Shown here piece after piece: positions 27,801 to 36,800 of a stretch of 64,000 nucleotides of DNA. The notes under the pieces are model-generated. The model was not told where the DNA came from. It saw only the letters and a list, made by a program, of their open reading frames with translations, and made no database searches. Source of the stretch: an uncultured Draconibacterium sp. (GTDB lineage: Bacteria > Bacteroidota > Bacteroidia > Bacteroidales > Prolixibacteraceae); the NCBI RefSeq assembly GCF_963675585.2, contig NZ_CAXXWU010000003.1, forward strand, positions 529,087 through 593,086. The letters run 5' to 3'. Each line of letters starts with the position of its first letter. Within the stretch, counting starts at the first letter, position 1. The position numbers were made by a program, and so were the translations under genes.

Positions 27801-30800
27801 ATTCAGCTGCAAGCGGAACACTTACTTTCCCTGTAAACTCGAACGACGGGGCGACGCAAACATTTACTGTTGCCATTACAAACGACGAGGTGATCGAGCA
27901 AAGCGAAGAATTAATGCTTACGCTAAGCAACATCACAGGTGGTCTGGTGACTATTGCCGATACTTTTGCTACTGTTACAATTACTGATAACGATACCGCG
28001 ACAATCTCGATTGCAGGTACTACAGTAAATGAAGCAGCAGGTACGGCTACTTTCACCCTTACTTTAACAGGTACAGTGGAAGAAAACTTCACGGTTCAAT
28101 ACCAGACTGCAGATAACTCGGCGGTTGCTCCGAACGATTACACAACTGTTGCGCCAACTTCGTTAACCTTTGGTGGTGCAAACAACAACAGCCAGGATGT
28201 TACCGTAACAATTATCAACGACGAGGTGATTGAAGGTACCGAAAGCTATTACATAAGTCTGCTCAACCTTTCTGCAAATGGTCAGAATGTATTGATTGAA
28301 GATACCACAGCTCTTGGTTCAATTACCGACAACGATGCGGCTCTGCTTTCGATTAATTCTCCTGCTTCGGTGGAAGAAGGTAATTCGATTACTTTCACCG
28401 TAACTCTTGATAAAGCGGTTCAGAGTGGTGTTTCTGTTACTTACTCGTTAAGCGACGGCACTGCGGTTCAACCGGGTGATTACACCGATGCTTCGGGTAC
28501 GCTTACCTTCGATGGTACTACAGGTGAAACCGAAACATTTACCGTAACTACCATAAACGATGACATACTTGAACTTACCGAAACATTAACTGCTACACTG
28601 GGTACAATTTCCGGTAATGCGGGTAGTGTAAGTCTGGGTACTGCATCGGGTACAGGTACGATTACCGATAACGACGAAGCAAGTATTTCAATTGCCGATG
28701 TTACTGTTGATGAAGACGACGGTACAGCTACATTAACCGTTACTTTGGCGGGTGATGTGGAAGAAACCTTCAGTGTAAATTATGCAACGTCAAACGTTTC
28801 GGCCATTGCAGGTGCTGATTACTCAGCTGCAAGCGGAACGCTTACTTTCCCTGTAAATTCAAACGACGGGGCGACGCAAACATTTACTGTTGCCATTACA
28901 AACGACGAGGTGATTGAGCAAAGCGAAGAATTATTGCTCACGCTAAGCAACATCACCGGTGGCCTGGTGACTATTGCAGATACTTTTGCTACTGTTACAA
29001 TTAATGATAATGATACCGCGACAATTTCAATCAATTCACCATTAAGTGTTACAGAAGGAAACAATGTAACCTTTACGGTTACTGTTGACAAAGCAGTACA
29101 AGGTGGATTTACCGTAAATTATGGAACAGTAAACGGAACGGCAACAACGGCAGGATCTGATTATACGGCTAACAGTAATTCAATTGACTTCTCTGGCACT
29201 GCCGGCGAAACAAAAACGATTACCGTTCTTACCAATAATGATGAAATTGTGGAGAGTACCGAGAACTTTAGTGTTTCTCTGAATTCGGTGTCCAATCATG
29301 TTGGCGAGGTTACTATTTCTGAGTCAAATGGACAAGGAACTGCTACCCTACTCGACAATGACAATGCTACCATCACCATCGCAAATGTTAGTGGTGCCGA
29401 AAATGGAGGCGACATAACGCTAACGCTTGTTCTTGACAAAGCGGTTGCTGAAGCATTCACGGTAGACGTAAATACTTCTGATGGTACGGCTGATGCCGCG
29501 GATTACACTGACATTGTAGATGAAACAGTTCATTTTGCTGGTACTGCACAAGATTCTCAGACTGTAACTTTCACTCCGGTTAATGATGACATTCTCGAAT
29601 ACGATGAAACTGTATTAGTTGCCTTATCTAACTTATCCACTGCTTTGGCTGTCGATATTTCCGATAATGCAATAATTACAATTACAAATGATGATTCAGC
29701 AGAATTGACAATCAATGATCAGTCCGCAACCGAAGGCGAAAATGTGAGTTTCACTTTAGAATTGACCAACGATGTACAGGAAGATGTTGTAGTTGATGTA
29801 ACATTTGCAAATGGAACTACCGAAACCGGTGATTTTACAAACACAACTCAGTCTGTTACATTTGCCGGAGGAACAAAAGGAACCAAAACCATTAACGTTC
29901 CAACAAATGCGGATACCTTCCTTGAAACAGATGAAACTTTCACTGCAAGTATTAATGTAACATCCGGAAATTCGGCCATCGATGATTCGGATACCGGTAT
30001 CGGAACAATTATCGATAACGACAGTGCGAATGTTACCATTACAGATGCAGCAGTGGATGAAGGATCAAATCTGATCTTCTACCTGACTTTATCAAACAAT
30101 GTGGAAGGTGATGTTTCAATCGATGTATCATTCGAAAATACAACAACATCGGATAACGACTTTGATGCAACAACACAAACAATAACGTTTGCAGGTGGTG
30201 CCGCGGGAACTAAAACAGTAACAGTTCCAACCTCTGACGATAACACGGTGGAACCCGATGAAACGTTATTAGCTCGTCTGGCACTCGTTTCCGGAAATAT
30301 CGAAATAAATACAGCTGATACTGCTATTGGTACTATTCGTAACGAAGATGTTTCGGAAGTAAGCATCGTGGCAACTACGCAGGCCGGTGAGCCTTCTTCG
30401 GATGGATTGTTTACACTGACGCTTTCGAATCCGGTGAGCACAGCTACACTGGTGACTTTTGCCATCTCGGGTACTGCCACCGAAGGAACTGACTTTGCTA
30501 CAATCGGTACAACTGTGACCATTCCGGCGGACAGCACAAGTGCTACACTGGATGTAACTGTAATTGATGATAACATTGTTGAAACAGGTGGCGAGACTGT
30601 TCTGGCTGCCCTGCTTTCTACAAATACTGCAGTGACTGTTGCAACAGCGGATTCGGCTACAATTACAATTGCCGATGAAGATGTTTCGGAAGTTAGTATC
30701 GTGGCAACTACGCAGGCCGGTGAACCTTCTTCGGACGGATTGTTTACACTGACGCTTTCCAATCCGGTGAGCACAGCAACTCAGGTGACTTTTGCCATCT

Positions 30801-33800
30801 CGGGTACTGCCACCGAAGGAACTGACTTTGCTACAATCGGAACTACGGTTACCATTCCTGCAGACAGCACAAGTGCAACGCTGGATGTAACAGTAATTGA
30901 TGATAACATCGTTGAAACTGGTGGTGAAACTGTTCTGGCTGCTCTGCTTTCTACTAATACTGCAGTGACTGTTGCTTCTGCTGATTCGGCTACAATTACA
31001 ATTGCCGATGAAGATGTTTCGGAAGTAAGTATCGTGGCAACAACGCAGGCCGGTGAACCTTCTTCGGATGGATTGTTTACACTTTCGCTTTCGAATCCGG
31101 TGAGCACGGCTACACAGGTGACTTTTGCCATCTCGGGAACTGCCACCGAAGGAACTGACTTTGCTACAATCGGTACAACTGTGACCATTCCGGCGGACAG
31201 CACAAGTGCTACACTGGATGTAACTGTAATTGATGATAACATCGTTGAAACAGGTGGCGAGACTGTTCTGGCGGCCCTGCTTTCTACAAATACTGCAGTG
31301 ACTGTTGCTTCTGCTGATTCGGCTACAATTACAATTGCCGATGAAGATGTTTCGGAAGTAAGTATCGCTGCAACTACGCAGGCCGGTGAGCCTTCTTCGG
31401 ATGGTTTGTTTACACTTTCGCTTTCGAATCCGGTGAGCACGGCTACACAGGTGACTTTTGCCATCTCGGGTACTGCAACCGAAGGAACTGACTTTGCTAC
31501 AATCGGTACAACAGTGACTATTCCTGCGGACAGCACAAGTGCTACCCTGGATGTGACTGTAATTGATGACAACATCGTTGAAACTGGTGGTGAGACTGTT
31601 CTGGCTGCCCTGCTTTCTACAAATACTGCAGTGACTGTTTCTTCTGCTGATTCGGCTACCATTACAATTACTGATGAAGATGTTTCGGAAGTAAGTATCG
31701 TTGCAACGACTCAGGCCGGTGAACCTTCTTCGGATGGATTGTTAACACTGACACTTTCGAATCCTGTGAGTATTGCTACCCAGGTGACGTTTGCCATCTC
31801 AGGTACTGCCACCGAAGGAACTGACTTTGCTACAATCGGAACTACGGTTACCATTCCTGCGGACAGCACAAGTGCAACCCTGGATGTAACAGTAATTGAT
31901 GACAACATTGTTGAAACCGGTGGCGAGACTGTTCTGGCTGCCCTACTTTCTACTAATACTGCAGTGACTGTTGCTTCTGCTGATTCGGCTACCATTACAA
32001 TTGCCGATGAAGATGTTTCGGAAGTAAGTATCGCTGCTACTACGCAGGCTGGTGAGCCTTCTTCGGATGGATTGTTTACACTGACGCTTTCGAATCCGGT
32101 GAGCACCGCTACACAGGTAACTTTTGCCATCTCGGGTACTGCAACCGAAGGAACTGACTTTGCTACAATCGGAACTACGGTTACCATTCCTGCAGACAGC
32201 ACAAGTGCAACCCTGGATGTGACTGTAATTGATGACAACATCGTTGAAACAGGTGGTGAGACTGTTCTGGCTGCCCTACTTTCTACTAATACTGCAGTGA
32301 CTGTTGCTTCTGCTGATTCGGCTACCATTACAATTGCCGATGAAGATGTTTCGGAAGTAAGTATCGCTGCAACAACACAGGCCGGTGAACCGGGTGATAA
32401 CGGATTGTTTACACTGACACTTTCGAATCCGGTGAGCACAGCAACTCAGGTGACTTTTGCCATCTCGGGTACTGCAACCGAAGGAACTGACTTTGCTACA
32501 ATCGGTACAACAGTGACTATTCCTGCGGACAGCACAAGTGCTACCCTGGATGTGACTGTAATTGATGACAACATCGTTGAAACTGGTGGTGAGACTGTTC
32601 TGGCTGCCCTGCTTTCTACAAATACTGCAGTGACTGTTTCTTCTGCTGATTCGGCTACCATTACAATTACTGATGAAGATGTTTCGGAAGTAAGTATCGT
32701 TGCAACGACTCAGGCCGGTGAACCTTCTTCGGATGGATTGTTAACACTTTCGCTTTCGAATCCTGTGAGTATTGCTACCCAGGTGACGTTTGCCATCTCA
32801 GGTACTGCCACCGAAGGAACTGACTTTGCTACAATCGGAACTACGGTTACCATTCCTGCGGACAGCACAAGTGCAACCCTGGATGTAACAGTAATTGATG
32901 ACAACATTGTTGAAACCGGTGGCGAGACTGTTCTGGCTGCCCTACTTTCTACTAATACTGCAGTGACTGTTGCTTCTGCTGATTCGGCTACCATTACAAT
33001 TACTGATGAAGATGTTTCGGAAGTAAGTATTGCTGCTACTACGCAGGCTGGTGAACCTTCTTCGGATGGATTGTTTACACTGACACTTTCGAATCCGGTG
33101 AGCACCGCTACACAGGTAACTTTTGCCATCACGGGAACTGCTACCGAAGGAACTGACTTTGCTACAATCGGAACTACGGTTACCATTCCTGCGGACAGCA
33201 CAAGTGCTACCCTGGATGTGACTGTAATTGATGACAACATCGTTGAAACAGGTGGTGAGACTGTTCTGGCTGCCCTACTTTCTACTAATACTGCAGTGAC
33301 TGTTGCTTCTGCTGATTCGGCTACCATTACAATTGCCGATGAAGATGTTTCGGAAGTAAGTATCGCTGCTACTACGCAGGCTGGTGAGCCTTCTTCGGAT
33401 GGATTGTTTACACTGACGCTTTCGAATCCGGTGAGCACCGCTACACAGGTAACTTTTGCCATCTCGGGTACTGCAACCGAAGGAACTGACTTTGCTACAA
33501 TCGGAACTACGGTTACCATTCCTGCAGACAGCACAAGTGCAACCCTGGATGTGACTGTAATTGATGACAACATCGTTGAAACAGGTGGTGAGACTGTTCT
33601 GGCTGCCCTACTTTCTACTAATACTGCAGTGACTGTTGCTTCTGCTGATTCGGCTACCATTACAATTGCCGATGAAGATGTTTCGGAAGTAAGTATCGCT
33701 GCAACAACACAGGCCGGTGAACCGGGTGATAACGGATTGTTTACACTGACACTTTCGAATCCGGTGAGCACAGCAACTCAGGTGACTTTTGCCATCTCGG

Positions 33801-36800
33801 GTACTGCAACCGAAGGAACTGACTTTGCTACAATCGGAACTACGGTTACCATTCCTGCAGACAGCACAAGTGCAACCCTGGATGTGACTGTAATTGATGA
33901 CAACATCGTTGAAACAGGTGGTGAGACTGTTCTGGCTGCCCTACTTTCTACTAATACTGCAGTGACTGTTGCTTCTGCTGATTCGGCTACCATTACAATT
34001 GCCGATGAAGATGTTTCGGAAGTAAGTATCGCTGCAACAACACAGGCCGGTGAACCGGGTGATAACGGATTGTTTACACTGACACTTTCGAATCCGGTGA
34101 GCACAGCAACTCAGGTGACTTTTGCCATCTCGGGTACTGCAACCGAAGGAACTGACTTTGCTACAATCGGAACTACGGTTACCATTCCTGCAGACAGCAC
34201 AAGTGCAACCCTGGATGTGACTGTAATTGATGACAACATCGTTGAAACAGGTGGTGAGACTGTTCTGGCTGCCCTACTTTCTACTAATACTGCAGTGACT
34301 GTTGCTTCTGCTGATTCGGCTACCATTACAATTGCCGATGAAGATGTTTCGGAAGTAAGTATCGCTGCTACTACGCAGGCTGGTGAGCCTTCTTCGGATG
34401 GATTGTTTACACTGACGCTTTCGAATCCGGTGAGCACCGCTACACAGGTAACTTTTGCCATCTCGGGTACTGCAACCGAAGGAACTGACTTTGCTACAAT
34501 CGGAACTACGGTTACCATTCCTGCAGACAGCACAAGTGCAACCCTGGATGTGACTGTAATTGATGACAACATCGTTGAAACAGGTGGTGAGACTGTTCTG
34601 GCTGCCCTACTTTCTACTAATACTGCAGTGACTGTTGCTTCTGCTGATTCGGCTACCATTACAATTGCCGATGAAGATGTTTCGGAAGTAAGTATCGCTG
34701 CAACAACACAGGCCGGTGAACCGGGTGATAACGGATTGTTTACACTGACACTTTCGAATCCGGTGAGCACAGCAACTCAGGTGACTTTTGCCATCTCGGG
34801 TACTGCAACCGAAGGAACTGACTTTGCTACAATCGGAACTACGGTTACCATTCCTGCAGACAGCACAAGTGCAACCCTGGATGTGACTGTAATTGATGAC
34901 AACATCGTTGAAACTGGTGGTGAGACTGTTCTGGCTGCCCTGCTTTCTACAAATACTGCAGTGACTGTTTCTTCTGCTGATTCGGCTACCATTACAATTA
35001 CTGATGAAGATGTTTCGGAAGTAAGTATCGTTGCAACGACTCAGGCCGGTGAACCTTCTTCGGATGGATTGTTAACACTGACACTTTCGAATCCGGTGAG
35101 CACAGCTACACAGGTGACTTTTGCCATCTCGGGAACTGCTACCGAAGGAACTGACTTTGCAACAATCGGTACTACTGTGACTATTCCTGCGGACAGCACA
35201 AGTGCTACCCTGGATGTGACTGTAATTGATGATAACATCGTGGAATCGGGTGAATCGGTAATTGCAGTATTGGATACAACTGACAATGTAGTTACAATCA
35301 GCGAGGCATATTCCGACACAGTTATCATCACGGACAACGATACTGCTTATTTAGACATTGAAGACCTGACGGTACTTGAAAGTGACAGTTTTGCAACATT
35401 CGTTGTAACGCTCAGCGGAAATGTACAGGATGCGTTTAGTATAAACTACAGAACAAAAGACAGCACAACAATTTCGGATCTTGACATTGTTAGCACAACC
35501 GGACAATTAAATTTCCCTGCCAATTCAGAGGATGGAGATTCGCTGAAAATTTATGTTCCGATAGTAAATGATGTTTTTGTTGAGCCAGGTGAAGTATTCA
35601 TCATAACATTGAGTAAAGAACAAAATGGTTTGGTTTCAATTTATGATTCTGTTGCCACAGGAACTATCCTTGACAATGACTCGGCCACCGTTACAATTTC
35701 TGACCTTTCAGTAATGGAAGCAGCCGGTGCAGCAATTGTGCAGGTTACCCTCTCCGGTTCTGTTCAAGACGAATTTACATTGAACTATTCAACAGGAGAT
35801 ATGAGTGCTTTGGCGGGTTCTGATTATAGCTCTCAATCTGCAACGTTAACCTTCCCTACCGGATCAGAAAATGGAGACATTTTAACCATCTCAATTCCGG
35901 TAATTAACGATGCAATTGTTGAAAATGATGAGCTGTTTAATCTGCAAATTTCAGATATTCAGGGTACATCACCGATGCTGTTTATCGACAGATCTACTGC
36001 AGAAGTTACTATTCTGAATGATGACCATTCTCCTGTAAGTACAAACTTTACGGTAAATGGTAACGAAGATGAAATCCTGTACCTGGGAGCCAATAATTTT
36101 GTTGCTCACTACTCCGATTTGGACAATGACAAACTTGGAAAGGTTAAGATTTTAAGTTTGCCGGGTAATGGAACATTGATGTTGAATAATACTGTTGTTT
36201 CTAAAAACCTTGAAATAAGTTTGGGTAATTTGAATCAACTAAGGTTTGTTCCTGTTCCGAACTGGAACGGCACCACTTCAATGACTTATAAAGTTTCAGA
36301 CGGCTACAACTGGAGTAACAATGTTTCAACCATTAATCTGGTTATCGATCCTGTTAACGACAAGCCGGTGGCAGTGAATGATACAATTGATATTGTTGAG
36401 GATTCTTCGATTGAAATAAATGTTCTGACAAACGACTGGGATATCGAAAATGATAAACTTATTGTAGCAGGTTTAACCATTGGTGGAGTATCATATCAAC
36501 CGGGTGACAGCATCCAGGTTACAGATACTAACTTTGATCCTGAGAATACCAATATTCAATCAGCAGGAACTTTAATTGTAACTGAAAACGGAGAATTGTA
36601 TTTCGAACTTACCGAAAATTATACTGGTAGAATTCCTGAGATTGTTTATACCATCTCTGACCAAAACGGAGGTAGTGATGATGCGATTATTTACATTGCA
36701 ATTGAAGGTGTGAATGATGCACCAATTGCCAACGATATCATATTGAAACTTTCTCCTGATTCGTTAGGAATAATAAACATACTGGAACATGTTTGGGATC

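Larger units (their letters stand above)
16510..36025 (+). other. Calx-beta module array (aa ~4226-10731), starting with 3 atypical modules (16510-17590) carrying 'NW[DN]..QT[VI]T[LV].G[LI][DN]DD[IV].DG'
   Basis: The block has a ~110-115-aa periodicity. Each module begins with a DND/DDD linker and carries 'F[TS][VI].L[ST]..V...F.[VI].[YF].T.....A....DY' followed by '[VI].[VI]...D...E..E.F'. The count of about 55-60 is a length/period estimate, not an HMM count. Confidence 0.75.

Noticed and set aside
30079-35337. A chain of long antisense ORFs (up to 353 aa, for example 32710-33771) covers the 333-bp repeat array. Many shorter antisense ORFs lie across the whole giant gene (3916-29091).
   Set aside because: They lie antisense to a clearly coding frame, in the register where an antisense stop requires a sense Tyr codon (after a T- or C-ending codon) or a T-ending codon followed by His or Gln. 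The 111-aa repeat unit has no Tyr or His and only two Gln. The antisense frame therefore stays open by composition and is simply copied 15 times. The stops that do occur coincide with ACT-CAG junctions. The translations are low-complexity (V/S/T/A) with no motifs.
30344-35338. The regular repeat array could be a CRISPR array or a satellite.
   Set aside because: The period is 333 bp with no unique spacers. The units are contiguous, in frame and encode a recognisable Calx-beta module. No cas genes are present in the window.
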